DNA from: the human T2T-CHM13v2.0 reference genome, Homo sapiens
Length of the DNA: 64,000 nt
NCBI RefSeq assembly: GCF_009914755.1
Contig: NC_060936.1
Direction: 5' to 3' (one strand)
Each line of letters begins with the position of its first letter. The stretch's first letter is position 1. Under the pieces are notes generated by a model. The model had not been told where the DNA came from, made no database searches, and saw only the letters and a list, made by a program, of their open reading frames with translations. The position numbers were made by a program, and so were the translations under genes. Shown here in pieces: positions 1 through 34,266 of this stretch.

Positions 1-180
1 GAAAAACCCCTTTTGACTGTAATTTTCCACTACCCACACAAATCCTATAAAACGGCCCCACCCCTATCTCCCTTCGCTGACTCTTTCTGGACTCAGCCCG
101 CCTGCACCCAGTTGAAATAAACAGCCTTGTTGCTCACACAAAGCCTGTTTGGTGGTCTCTTCACACGGATGCGCGTGACA
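1..180 (+). mobile_element. HERV-H LTR (LTR7 family), 3' portion: U3 end, R, U5
   Basis: Matches LTR7 consensus (aatcctataaaacggccccacccctatctcccttcgctgactc...aataaacagcc..gctcacacaaagcctgtttggtggtctcttcacacgga). Ends in TGACA at 180; no tRNA-His PBS follows, so it is a solo or 3' LTR. TATA 46-52, AATAAA 116-121. Confidence 0.92.
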
Positions 181-423
181 CCACAGAGTCACATTTATAT
201 TCCTGGCAGAAAGAGGAATATAAAGTAAAGGAAGAAGAAGGCAAATAAGCTTTGTCTTTTTATTCTGAAAAGGACACTACCCTCAGAAACCACCACCTTC
301 ATCTTATTGCTAAAAGCAGCGTCACATGACCAGCACAAGTGCAAATGAGGATGGGAAAGTGAGTTTTTAAATTGAACACATGGCTATTTCAAATAAAAGC
401 AGGGTTCTATTACAAAAAATGGG

Positions 424-457
<34 letters not shown>
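424..457. repeat. (TG)n microsatellite
   Basis: Direct read. Confidence 0.95.
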
Positions 458-458
<1 letters not shown>

Positions 459-544
459 GAGGGGGATATTTTTTAAATAGGCAACTAATAGTGTTGACTT
501 CATCCAGCAATTTTACCTCCAGGAATGTATCCTATAGTGATATA

Positions 545-1608
<1,064 letters not shown>

Positions 1609-1616
1609 ATATCCAC

Positions 1617-2071
1617 TGTGGCAGAAACCTGTTGGTGTCCCCACCTCAATCCCTGGGGATCCCTGCTACCATTTTGTGGTGCCCATTCCCCCAGGAGCTG
1701 TGGGTGCTGCTGGTAATGGTTTGTACCTACAACCCCAGGGGACTGGACTTGGATGATTAGAGCCACCTGGACATGAAGTTCATGGGAGTTATGTGCTGCT
1801 TTAACCAGTGACTGTCTATGGTAGGGTACAAATGTTCTGGTCCCTTGCCTAAGGGCAGACAGATTCTGCTTGCACTTTATGCTTCAGGGCTCCCGGTAGG
1901 AATAGGCTGAGTCTAGACTTCCCCTGAAACCATTCTTGCTTTCCTTCTTCCCCTCCCCTGGCCTGCTTCCCTCCCTCACCCTCCTAGATTTCTACCTAGA
2001 CTACTTTCCTAATAAATCACTTGCCTACGAAGCTCCACCAGTCTCAGCTTCTAGGGAAATAGACTGAAGAC
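1617..2071 (+). mobile_element. Old MaLR/ERVL-type LTR (MLT1 or LTR16-like)
   Basis: TG...CA ends, aataaatcacttg near the 3' end, ending gactgaagaca; degenerate. Confidence 0.55.
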
Positions 2072-2275
2072 ACTCACGTATGCACAAAATGACATATACA
2101 AGATTATCCATTGTTTCATTCATAATAGAAGACTGTTAACAAGCAAATGTTCATCACTAGGCTCCTGGTTAAATAAAGTACAGCTGCCCCAGGAAGGAAA
2201 CTAGGGGTTCAGGAATACGGTGAAAAGTAAACTTTCACTGAACTTTTAGTTCTTTCTGAATTTTTTTTTTTTTGA

Positions 2276-2437
<162 letters not shown>

Positions 2438-2440
2438 TAG

Positions 2441-2900
<460 letters not shown>

Positions 2901-2991
2901 TAAAATTAATGTTAAAATAATTAATTAAGGCTGGGCACAGTGGCTCACACCTGTAATCCTAGCACTTTAGGAGGCCGAAGCAGGTGGATCA

Positions 2992-3222
<231 letters not shown>

Positions 3223-3375
3223 TTAATCAAAAAATCCACTAAACAAGTAAATTGGATACTTAGGTGAAAATCTTAAGTGTAGGCCGGGTGCAGTGGCTCA
3301 CGCCTGTAATCCCAGCACTTTGGGAGGCCGAGGCGGGTGGATCACAAGGTCAAGAGATCGAGACCATCCTGGCTA

Positions 3376-3670
<295 letters not shown>

Positions 3671-3879
3671 CTATGAGATGCCAGCCACTCAATAGTGCAC
3701 TTTTTCTGAGAAGATATAAGACAGCCACTCAGAATTATGATGTAATAATTGGTAATGTGGGGAAGTAAATAAATGTCTCAAAGTTTTGCTTTTGAAAAAT
3801 GACTAGTAAATAGTAATAACAAAACTGTTATTTATGGAGGGATGAGTCTGTGGCCTATCTCTCTTCCCTTTTATGTCTA

Positions 3880-6730
<2,851 letters not shown>

Positions 6731-6736
6731 AAAAGT

Positions 6737-6806
6737 AAGAAAAATGATGTGGGGAATCTTTTAACAAATGATTATTCATTCAGAGATTCCCCACATCATT
6801 TTTCTT
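6737..6806. repeat. Perfect 23-bp inverted repeat with 24-nt loop
   Basis: aagaaaaatgatgtggggaatct (6737-6759) / agattccccacatcatttttctt (6784-6806). Confidence 0.95.
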
Positions 6807-7339
6807 TCTTTTTTGCCCTCTAGTTACATTGGCTTTGAATTCTTTTTTCTTTTTTTTTGAGACTTAGTCTGGCTCTGTCGCCCAGGCTGGAGTGCAGTAG
6901 CGCCATCTCGGCTCACTGCAATCTCCGCATCCCGGGTTCAAGCGATTCTCTTGCCTCAGCCTCCTGAGTAGCTGGGATTACAGGCGCCCGCCACCATGCC
7001 TGGCTATTTTTTTGTATTTTTGGTAGAGACGACGTTTCACCGTGTTAGCCAGGATGTCTTGATCTCCTGACCTTGTGATCCACCAGCCTCGGCCTCCCAA
7101 AGTGCTGGGATCACAGGTGTGAGCCACCGTGTCTGGCCTCAGCTGAACATTTTTTAAGAATTCAAAGCTGGCCAGGTGCGGTGGCTCACACCTGTAATCC
7201 CAGCACTTTGGAAGGCTGAGGCGGGTGGATCACAAGGTCAAGAGATTGAGACAATCCTGGCCAACACGGTGAAACCCCGTCTCTACTAAAAATATAAAAA
7301 TTAGCTGGGCGTGGTGGCATGCGCCTGTAGTCCCAGCTA

Positions 7340-7459
<120 letters not shown>

Positions 7460-8061
7460 TCAGCTGGTGCTGTGGCTTATGTCTGTAATCCCAGCATTTT
7501 GGGAGGGTGAAGCAGGAGGCTCACTTGAGTCCAGGAGTTCAAGACAAGCCTGGGCAACATAGTGAGAGCTCCATCTCTACAAAAAAATACAAAAATAGCT
7601 GGACATGATGGAGAACGCCTGTGGTCCCAGCTACTCAGGAGGTTGAGGTAGGAGGATTGCTTGAGCCCAGGAGTTTAAGGCTCCAGCTGACCATGATTGC
7701 ACCACTGCCCTCCAGCCTGGACAACAGAATGAGACCCTGTCTCAAAAAAAAAAAAGAAAGAAAAAGTTATGTAACTTTCTCCCTCATTTCCTTAGAATAT
7801 GCTATTTGCTCTGCCTGATAAGCTCCCTGCCACCACATATTTAGTTAATGACTACCTGCTTTCTAGGTCTCAGTGTAAATGCTACTGCTTTAGCGTTGCT
7901 ACTCCTGACATTCTAGACAAGGTGAGGTCACTGTTATATAATCCCCTAAAACCTATCTTTTCCCTTCAGAACACTTATGATTTGTAATTATTTTTATTTA
8001 TTTTTGTTTGGCTGGGTTTTTTGTTTGTTTGTAATTATATTTTCTTGTTGGTCTGTTTGCT

Positions 8062-8545
<484 letters not shown>

Positions 8546-8639
8546 TAGAGTATAATCTCTATTAGGACAAAGATGATCTCTTCCTACACACTACTAAAAT
8601 TTAAAGAATTTCCGTAAAAACTAGTGAAATAAAATAAAT

Positions 8640-8805
8640 GGTAATCGCTCTGCTAAGTACTTTATATGTATTACCCACATCAATTTTATGAGAAAAATAT
8701 TATTATCTACAATCTACACATGAGGAAACTGAGGCTCAGAGCCATCTGGTGAGTTGCCCTAAGGTCACACAGCTGATAAGTAGCAAACTGATGTTTGAAT
8801 CTAAG
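8640..8805 (-). mobile_element. MIR
   Basis: MIR core atgaggaaactgaggctcagag...ttgccctaaggtcacacagct. Confidence 0.8.
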
Positions 8806-8939
8806 TTTAAAACAATGTTTCTTCTTTAAATTTTTTTTTTTTTTTTGAGACAGAGTCTTGCTCTTGTCGCCCAGGATGGAGTGCAGGCGTGAGCCACCAC
8901 ACCCGGCCCTTCTTTAAATTTTTAAATGTAATTAATTGA

Positions 8940-9422
8940 TACTACAACTAGTCAGTGAAAGTTTGATAAGGAGCATCTTATCATAACACAATTAATTACC
9001 ACTAATTAATTACAAAAGAAAAATAGTAATGTGACAGTGAAAACAGTTAATCAAAGTTAATACCACCAATAATGGGGCAAGCTGACATCATTTTCTCCTG
9101 CTGTACTGCAATGAGATGGTCATAATAGCTCTTATATAGTTTTTTGCCAAAAATGCAAAATCTGAATCTAATCACAAGGAAATATCCAACAAAGCCAAAT
9201 TGAGGGACATGTTACAAAATTCAAAACATCACATAATCCAAAAGACAAAATTTTAAACTGTCAACATCATGAAAGACAAAGAAAAACTAAGGAATTGTTA
9301 CAGATTGAGACCAAAGAGACATGACAACTAAATGTACTGTGTGAACCTAGATTGGATCCCAGACCAGAGAATCTTCTTTTTCTATAAAGAACATTATTGG
9401 GACTATTGTGAATCGGTGTTAC
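8940..9422 (+). mobile_element. L1ME 3' end fragment
   Basis: atcaaagttaataccaccaataatggg...gacatgacaactaaatg...ggatcc; L1ME-type 3' UTR. Confidence 0.7.
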
Positions 9423-9425
9423 AAG

Positions 9426-10519
<1,094 letters not shown>

Positions 10520-10634
10520 GACATATCTTGAGATCATTTGGCTACTTGGGCAAGGGCTCAGAGGTGAAAATGTTAAGAGTTATCAACTTATAGTCTGGTC
10601 CCCAGTTCTCAGGCGTGAAAATTCAAAATTGTGA

Positions 10635-13126
<2,492 letters not shown>

Positions 13127-13249
13127 GTAAGTCATTTTCTTTGAAAAAAGAGTTTTATAAAACTAAGACTTAGAAACTTACTTGCCCTGGCCTTGAAAAT
13201 TACCTTTGGAAAAATGCTTGTGCTTTATGGGTCCTGAGAATATACTACT

Positions 13250-13780
13250 TTTGAGATTTGTCAGGACGCATTTGGCTGAGTAACAGGTTATTCTCATGGC
13301 TAAAAGCCTATTACAGCAAAGGATATTATACAGGATCAGCAGAAAAAAGTTATGCCTACAAGAAGACCCGAAAGATTAGGTGCAGACTTCTAGGTTCTCC
13401 CTCCATGCTGGTCACAGTAAGGTGCTTTTGGCACGACTACAAATTATACGAACATATATGAGATGTCTCTGCCCACGTAAGTCCACTTAGGTCTGAGGTC
13501 CCGGAGTTCTTACAGGAGTCTGGTTGCACAAGGCACATTCCTCCCACGTGACAATCTATGGTGCAGATCTTTACCCAGGAGGCAGGTGCTCATGGCACAT
13601 CTTGATATTTGTGTTAGGCAGTGCTGGCAATTGAGCATGTCATGCCTCAGTGCCTCAGGAGCACAAAACAACTTCATTGGTGACTATGTTAACTCCAAGG
13701 ACTTAGCCCCAAGTGGTTGGCTAAGGGTTGGTACCGTGACTCCAGGTACTCCTGGAAATAAGCTGAGTGAACTCCTTTCT
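13250..13780 (-). mobile_element. Old ERV LTR (MER21/MER68/MER77-like)
   Basis: ctcatggctaaaagcctattacagcaaaggata...gcagacttctagg...gagatgtctctgcccacg motifs. Confidence 0.5.
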
Positions 13781-14470
13781 CATAGATTATAATTCTGATT
13801 GGTAGCTTTACTTGATAATTTGTTGCCCTGATAGTAATGTTGTAATTGACATTTCTGCATGTGTAAATAGGATAAATTCTTGAAAGATTACTCTGCAAAT
13901 CTGATCATTTGTTTCTCATCTCTTTTTTTTATATTTTATTTTATTTTATTTATTTATTTTTTTTTTGAGACAGATCTTGCTCTGTCACCCAGGATGGAGT
14001 GCAGTGGTTGTTCGCTGCAACCTCCACTTCCTGAGTTCAAGCGATTCTTGTGCCTCACCTTCCCAAGTAGCTGGGATTACAGGCACGGGCCACCATGCCC
14101 GGCTAATTTTTGTGTTTTTAGTAAAGATGAGAATTCACCATATTGGCCAGGGTGATCTCAGACTCCAGGCCTCAGGTGATCTGCCCAACTCTCCACCTCA
14201 CAAAGTACTGGGATTACAGGTGTCAGCCACCACATCTGGACTGTTCCTCTTTTCTTTTGTGTATAATGGGGTTGGGTGGGGTGGTAGGGAGAAAAGTCTG
14301 ACTTTGCTAGATTTCTTATTTTAACAAAGAATCTGTGAGTCTTTTCTAGGTAAAATTAACAACTAGCAAGGGGTTCTAGCAGAGTGTAATTTCAAAATAC
14401 TCTATTATGCTTGTAAAATAAACTATTCACAATACATAGTGTGGTATAATAATAACAGATGTTTTTGTCA

Positions 14471-15146
<676 letters not shown>

Positions 15147-15157
15147 TCACTGAGATA

Positions 15158-19645
<4,488 letters not shown>

Positions 19646-19671
19646 GGCCAGGCACAGTGGCTCACACCTGT

Positions 19672-20621
<950 letters not shown>

Positions 20622-21040
20622 GTATTTAGAGAGATCCAACATATATTTCAAGTCTTTTTTCATCTGAAGTCACACAGGATGTATTTTCTCTCTAGAAATG
20701 AACATATGTGAAATGTCTCTGCTCAGGGAAGCCCATTCAGGTTTCAGAGTCTAAGGCTTTTATCAGGGACCAATCACAAAGACATATCCTGTTATGCGAT
20801 TAGCCATAGCAACCAAAACTCAGGATCACAACAATGAGACCAGGGGTACATCATCAATCTCAATGTTTGTGCAAAGCAAATTAGCAAGCCAGCATGGCAT
20901 GGTACATTGCTCCAAGTGTACACAACAAAATCATCAATTAGTGACATAAAGAACATCCTAAGAACATTTCCGAGGGTTTGCCAAGGGTCAATCATGATTC
21001 CAGGCTCCCTTGGAGGTGTAAGGACTGAGCAACTAGACCT
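20622..21040 (-). mobile_element. Old ERV LTR fragment (MER21/MER77-like)
   Basis: gaagtcacacaggatg...gtgaaatgtctctgctcagggaagcccatt. Confidence 0.5.
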
Positions 21041-21214
21041 ACTTGCTATGTAGATTTATCTCAGAAATGGCCTCTTAAAGAGAATTCTCATCATTCTAGT
21101 ACCTCATTTGTCAACAGGATTTATACACTAAAATTCAATCTTCCTAAAGAATTGAGAACAAATTTAATAAGGAGTAAACTCAGATTGCAAAGATAATTGT
21201 AAAGAAGTTAATGG

Positions 21215-24465
<3,251 letters not shown>

Positions 24466-25150
24466 TTACCTGGGCAACAGAGTGAGATTCTGTCTCAAAA
24501 AAAAAAGAAGTGAATGGCATCAATCGTGAAAGGTATCACATAAATATGAAAGGTTACACAACTCTTTTAACCTATTTGCCTAGAAAAGAGTGGTAAGTAG
24601 GGCTTATTGAGTTGTTTTATTTTATTTTACTTTTTATTATTCATTTGTGTATTAATTTATTCTTTGGTGACAGAGTCTCATTCTGTTGCCAAGGCTGCAG
24701 TGCAGTGACATGATCTGGCCTCCTAGGATCAAACAATTCTTATGCCTCAGCTTCCCAAGTAGCTGGGATTACAGGCGTGTGCCACCACGCTCGGCTAATT
24801 CTTTTTGTATTTTTAATAGAGATAGGGTTTCACCATGTCGACCAAACTGGTCTGAAACCCCTGACGTCAAGTGATCCGCCCATCTCTGCCTCCCAAAGTG
24901 CTGGGATTATAGGCATCAGCCACCACGTTCAGCTAATTTTTACATTTTTAGTAGAGAGGGGGTTTCACCGTGTTGGTCAGGCTTGTCTCGAATTCCTGGC
25001 CTCAAGTGATCCGCTGGCCTCAGCCTCCCGAAGTGCTGGGATTACAGGCATAATTTACCGTGCTCAGCCATTGTCATTTATTTTGAATTTGGGAGAAGAT
25101 ATCACACCCATTTCTATGTTCTGGAGCAGGAAGTCTATCTTCTGGAGCAG

Positions 25151-25764
25151 CATTGCAGTCTAAATCACTCCTTAGTTCAGCTACATCCGAGTTCTTATCC
25201 CAGGACCAAGAAGAATAAGGAACACAGACACCACAGAGTAAGTAGAGTAGGATTTATTAAGCAAAAGGAAAGCTCTCAGCAAAGAGAGGTGCCCTGAAAG
25301 CAAGTTTTCAGAAATGGGGCTGAGTTCTGGGTCTTTTATGTGGAAGAGGAAGGAAGGAAGTCTTCTGTGGGTTCTGCCCAAAATGGGAGGGGTAAAGTTC
25401 CCTCCTAAGGGTGTTGCATCTGCACATGCCTGGGATTGGCCAGAGTGACTCCATCTTGGTTGTTACCCACGAGTGCCTAAGTGAAACCCACCAAGGGGCT
25501 AAAACCACAAAAATGTCATGTTAATGACACTATGATGAGCTGGGCCAAGGACACTTAGGTTGATTTATTCCGCCTGTGCCTAAGTTAGGACAGTCCCTTC
25601 TGAGCAACATCCTGGCATAAGGGGAAGTTCTTAACCACATTTCTTCCCATTAGCTGCAGAGGCGGTGTAGGTACGGTCCTGCTAGCGTTCTTGTGAACAC
25701 TGCCCTTCTCCAGAGACCCTCCCTCTCTATCTGCCTAACCAGCCTCTAACTGCCTTCTCTCTCA
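25151..25764 (-). mobile_element. ERV1 solo LTR (about 610 bp)
   Basis: Minus strand begins tgagagagaaggcagttagaggctggttaggcagatag; AATAAA on minus near 25255; 4-bp TSD gcag. Confidence 0.75.
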
Positions 25765-26871
25765 GCAGGAAGTCTATCTTCTATCTTGGGATGACTTGAA
25801 AGATAACCCAATAGGAGCCCAGAACCTAGGCATCCAAGAATAAGAGAAACGAACATGTGTCAGATGGAGAAAACAGAAACTATGGACATCAAAAGGCTAA
25901 ATTAGGGCCAGATATCAAGGTCACACTGGTGCTTTTAGGAAAGTGAAGTGTAAACAGCTGAGAGTAGAACTACAATGTAGATGAGGAAGCAAAAATGCTT
26001 AGTATAGGGAAAGCGCAGAGGCAGAAAGGAAAATAGAACCCACAAGAATTGTATTTTTTCTTCTTCCTTCTTCTTTCCTATTTCTCAATAAATACTTACA
26101 GAATACCTATAAGGCTTCATTAAGTATGTAAGCACTAAGAATATTTAATATGTGTCATGAAGAGTGATCTTCAAGTAAACATGACTCACATGCATCTGGT
26201 GATCTTCCTAACCTGTGTAAAACCCTTCCATTTGTTGAATTTGGCACCAAAGGCTCTTAAAGGCCATTTGTTGGGAATGTGTGGATAATAGGCTGACTTA
26301 CATCTGTACTGGAAAAACTCTATCTTTGCCTTTGGAGAATTATGGACGTTTGGTTTTTTACCTTTAGCGGATAGAAGGGCAGCAAGATTTGTCATGTGCT
26401 GTTTAAAATCTGAATCTGGGCCAAGCGCAGTCACTCACACCTGTAATCGCAGCACTTTGGGAGGCCGAGGCAGGTAGATCACCTGCCAGGCCTCTGTCCA
26501 GGTCAGGAATTTGAGACCAGCCTGGCCAACATGGTGAAACCCTGTCTCCACTAAAAATACAAAACCTAGCCAGGCGTTGTGGTGCACGCTTGTAATCCTA
26601 GTTACTCGGGAGGCTGAGGCAGGAGAATCGCTTGAATCCAGGAGGCGAAGGTTGCAGTGAGCTGAGATGGCACCACTGCACTCCGGCCTGGGTGATAGAG
26701 TGAGACACCATCTCAAAAAAAATAAATAAATAAAATAAATAAAAATAAAAACTGAATCTGGGAAACCCCAGGGTCAATTTCTTTACTGATGGTTTTAACA
26801 AGTTAGATCACCTGACTTGATTATGTGGCCAAAGGGACAGAAAACCCAGCTGGAAACTTCTGCTTTACCGC

Positions 26872-26884
26872 TGTGCGTGCGCGC

Positions 26885-26918
<34 letters not shown>
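26872..26918. repeat. Alternating purine-pyrimidine tract, (TG)n with CG steps (Z-DNA-prone)
   Basis: tgtgcgtgcgcgcacatgtgtgtg... Confidence 0.9.
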
Positions 26919-26923
<5 letters not shown>

Positions 26924-27025
26924 CTTTTCCCCCTACACTACACAGAAGTAAGTTAGCCTCTCCTGAAGCCAAGTTTCCTTGCACTTGATAGGTCAATCTG
27001 GTGATGAAGTCGCATCCCACCATAA

Positions 27026-27295
<270 letters not shown>

Positions 27296-28563
27296 TGACC
27301 AGGATGGTCTTGATCTCCTGACCTCGTGATCTGCCCACCTCGGCCTCTCAAAGTGCTGGGATTACAGGTGGGAGCCACTGTGCCTGGCTGTTCTGGGCTA
27401 ATTTTCTATGCAGCAATAGATAGATAGCTAATTAATCAAGGTATGAATCTGGGTATCTGGATGAAATAAGGCTGAATAGTACCTTTATTTTGTGTTTCAG
27501 AGAGTTTGTACAGCCCCTCACCCCTGCACCCTACACAACATAAAAGTTTTGGGATGGGTGAGAAGTCTGCCTTATTTTGTATGCTAGGAGAAGGGGGACT
27601 GGAATACTAGCAGACCATAGACACATTCCCAGGTAGGTCAATTTTACGGAGTGCAAATGGAAGCTGAGACTCAGAAATTGGTCCTTTCAAGCTGTTCCTG
27701 CCCATGTACATCATAGAAATTCTTCAAGTTCCCCCAAGGGTACACATCGCAATTTGACCACCATTGGAGAGGAGGTGCTATGCCATTTTGGGAAATGCTT
27801 TAAACAGGAAACAGTGCATGTGATTAAATAAACCCTATTCAGAAAGGTTCCAGTAGATTCAGTTTCTGCTTCTTAGGCTACACTCAACACGGAAAGCCAT
27901 CAGAAACTAGGGTCAAGGCTCAGGCAGGTCTCCTTGGGACAATAGAACACATCATGCATTGGCCCTGCCTCCTGCCTTTGAAGTTTCTCTTCCCTGAGAG
28001 GTGGAAGACGGGTGTCAGATTGCATGGTTCGTTTTAGAGAACGTTATTTTTTCTAGAATAACTTCCTGGTAGTGTGTAGATTGTGTGACAGAGAACTTCT
28101 AATTGTTTCTCTCTTCCTCATACACATTTACCAAACACAGAACATCTTGTCCTTCACACATTTCACATGGCAATTCTGGATACATTTAGTCAACATAGGA
28201 CATTTCAAGACATGATTCTACAATGGCTATTTCACCAGTGCATAATCACATTTTTTTAATCTTCTTTTTTTTTTTTTTTTTTTTTGAGACTGAGTCTCGC
28301 TCTGTTGCCCAGGCTGGAGTACAGTCACTCCATCTCTGCTCACTGCAACCTCTGCCTCCCAGATTCAAGTGATTCTCATGCCTCAGCCTCCTGAGTAGCT
28401 GGGATTACAGGCATGCACCACCATATCCAGCTAATTTTTGTATTTTTAGTAGAGAGAGGGTTTCACCATGTTGGCCAGGCTGGTCTCCAACTCCTGACCT
28501 CAGGTGATCTGCCCACCTCAGCCTCCGAAGGTGCTAATAGCTGACTTTTTATTTATTTTTTGA

Positions 28564-31065
<2,502 letters not shown>

Positions 31066-31722
31066 TGAGACAGAGTCTTGCTCTTTCACACAGGCTGGAG
31101 TGCAGGTGCAGTGGCACGATCTCGGTTCACAGCAACCTGCAGCCTCCGCCTCCCGCGTTCAAGTGATTCTTCTGCCTCTGCCTCAGCCTCCTGAGTGGCT
31201 GGGATTACAAGCGCCCGCCACCACGCCCAGCTAATTTTTTGTATTTTTAGTACAGACGGGGTTTCATCATGTTGGCCAGGCTGGTCTCGAACTCCTGAGC
31301 TCAAGTGATCCACCCCCCACCCCTCAGCCTCCCAAAGTGCTGGGATTACAGGCGTGAGCTGCCACGCCCGGCCAGACAGGCATTTCTTGCCTCAACTGAA
31401 CCTTGGCTTCGAGATGGCAGCACAAGAGAGAGGGCAACCTTGGAGTAGTTGCTGCTGCTTGCTGGTTGGGTGGCAGGGATACACATGTTTTCTTGGACCT
31501 TAGCTGGCCCCAAGACATAGTTGGTCAGGTAAGGGAACTCCAGCAGTAAGAGTCAGAGGCTAGGCAGGGTGTGGGTGGGGTGGAATGGGAGTCAAGAAAA
31601 TGAAAGCCAGATTTCACCTCAGTGTGGTAGAGGAAATAATGAAGTTGACTCTATCCCCGCCTCCTGACCGCCACCTCTTTTGGTTCCTCAAGCTGTAGCT
31701 CTAAGCAAGGAATGAAGGATAG

Positions 31723-32064
31723 TGTCTTAGTCCATTCAGGCTGCTATAACAAAACATCATAAACAGGGTAGCTTGTAAACAACAGAAATTTGTTCCTCAC
31801 AATTCTCCAGAAAAGTTGAAGATCAAGGCACCAGCAGATTCTGTCTGGTGAGGGCCCACTCCCTGGTCCACGAACCCTCATGTGGCAGAAAAGGCCAGGG
31901 TCTCTCTGAGGCCTCTTTCATAAGGGCACAAATCCCATCCATGAGTGCCCCACCATCATAACCTAATCACCTTCCAAAGCTCTCACCTCCTAACACCATC
32001 ACCCTGGCAGTTAGGATTTCAACATACGAATTTTGGAGGGACGTCAACATTCAGGTCATAGCAG
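31723..32064 (-). mobile_element. MST/MLT1A-type MaLR LTR
   Basis: tgtcttagtccattcaggctgctataacaaaa...aacattcaggtcatagca. Confidence 0.85.
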
Positions 32065-32399
32065 ATAGGGAAGTTTTGAATTAGGTATGTGATTGTGGTT
32101 TTCAGCTGGACTGAACTCAGTTTTCACACTGAAAGTGAGGAATCTAAATGGAAAATCATGATATCTGTCCAGCATGTTGTTAAAGTATAGGAAAAGGGGA
32201 TTTAGTATAATATGGTTGAAAGCACTGATTTGAGGAAAAATAATTTTTTCATATATACTCCCCACTGAGTTGAGACTCATAAAATGGTTACTGGTTGAGG
32301 ACACCAACGTTTTCTAGCTACAGATTCTCAGTGGCCTCCTGGGCATCTCCATTGGGATACCAGGTCAGGCTCTGTACAGAAGAGCAGAGATAGCAGTCA

Positions 32400-32650
32400 T
32401 TGGTGTGCGCCCAGGAGCCAGGCTGACTGGGTGATTTCTCAGCTCTACACTTAGCTAGCTCTAGAACCCTTGGCAGGTTGTTTAACTTCTTTTTGCTTCG
32501 GTTTTTTCATTTGTGAAATTAGGATAATAATAGTTCTTTATGATATCATTGTAAGGGATAAATGATTTAAGTTGTTGGAGCATAGCAAATGATGGACCAG
32601 GGATTTAAACCCAGTTTTATGTGACTCTAGAGTCTGTGCTGTCAATCACT
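32400..32650. mobile_element. MIR fragments in both orientations
   Basis: ttggcaggttgtttaacttct...ttttttcatttgtgaaattaggataataatag; cagggatttaaacccag. Confidence 0.65.
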
Positions 32651-32853
32651 GGATATACCCATTGTTAAAACTGATTATAGGCCAGGTGGAGTGGCTCATG
32701 TCTGTAATCCCAGCATGTTGGGAGACTGATGCAGAAGGATTGTTTGAGCCCAGGAGTTCAAGACCAGCCTGGATAACATAGTGGGACTTGGTCTCCACAA
32801 AAAGAAAAGAAAAAAAAGTTAGCCAGGCATGGTGGCATGCACCTGTAGTTCTA

Positions 32854-32997
<144 letters not shown>

Positions 32998-33563
32998 TTA
33001 AAAGCATATTTTGTGTGTGTATATACATATATACACATATATATAATATGAAAATATATTATTAAAATTATTTCCAATTAATTTTATGTTTCTTTTTCCT
33101 TATTTATTGTATTTTATTATTATTTTTGAGACAAGGTCCCAATCTGTCACCCAGGATGGAGTGCAGTGGCACGATCATGGCTCACTGCAGCCTTGACCTC
33201 CTGGGCTGAGGTGATCCTCCCACCTTAGCCTCCCAAGTAGCTGGGACTACAGGTGCACACCATCACACCTGGCTAATTTTTTTTCTTTCATTTTCTTTGC
33301 CTTTGTTTGTTTGTTTGTTTGTTTTGTAGAGGTCCCAGTATATTGCCTAGGCTCATCTTGAAGCCCTGGACTCAAGCGATCTTTCCACCACAGCCTCCCA
33401 AAGTACTGGGATTAGAAGCATGAGCCACTGTGCCTAGCCTTTTCACTTTTTTTTTTTAAAGAAAATGTGGCTATTAGAAAATTCAAAATTACAAATGTAG
33501 TTCACATTCTATTTCTGCTGGACAGTGCAGCTTTGGGCTTTGTCATCCCTTGAAGTGTTCTAA

Positions 33564-34266
<703 letters not shown>

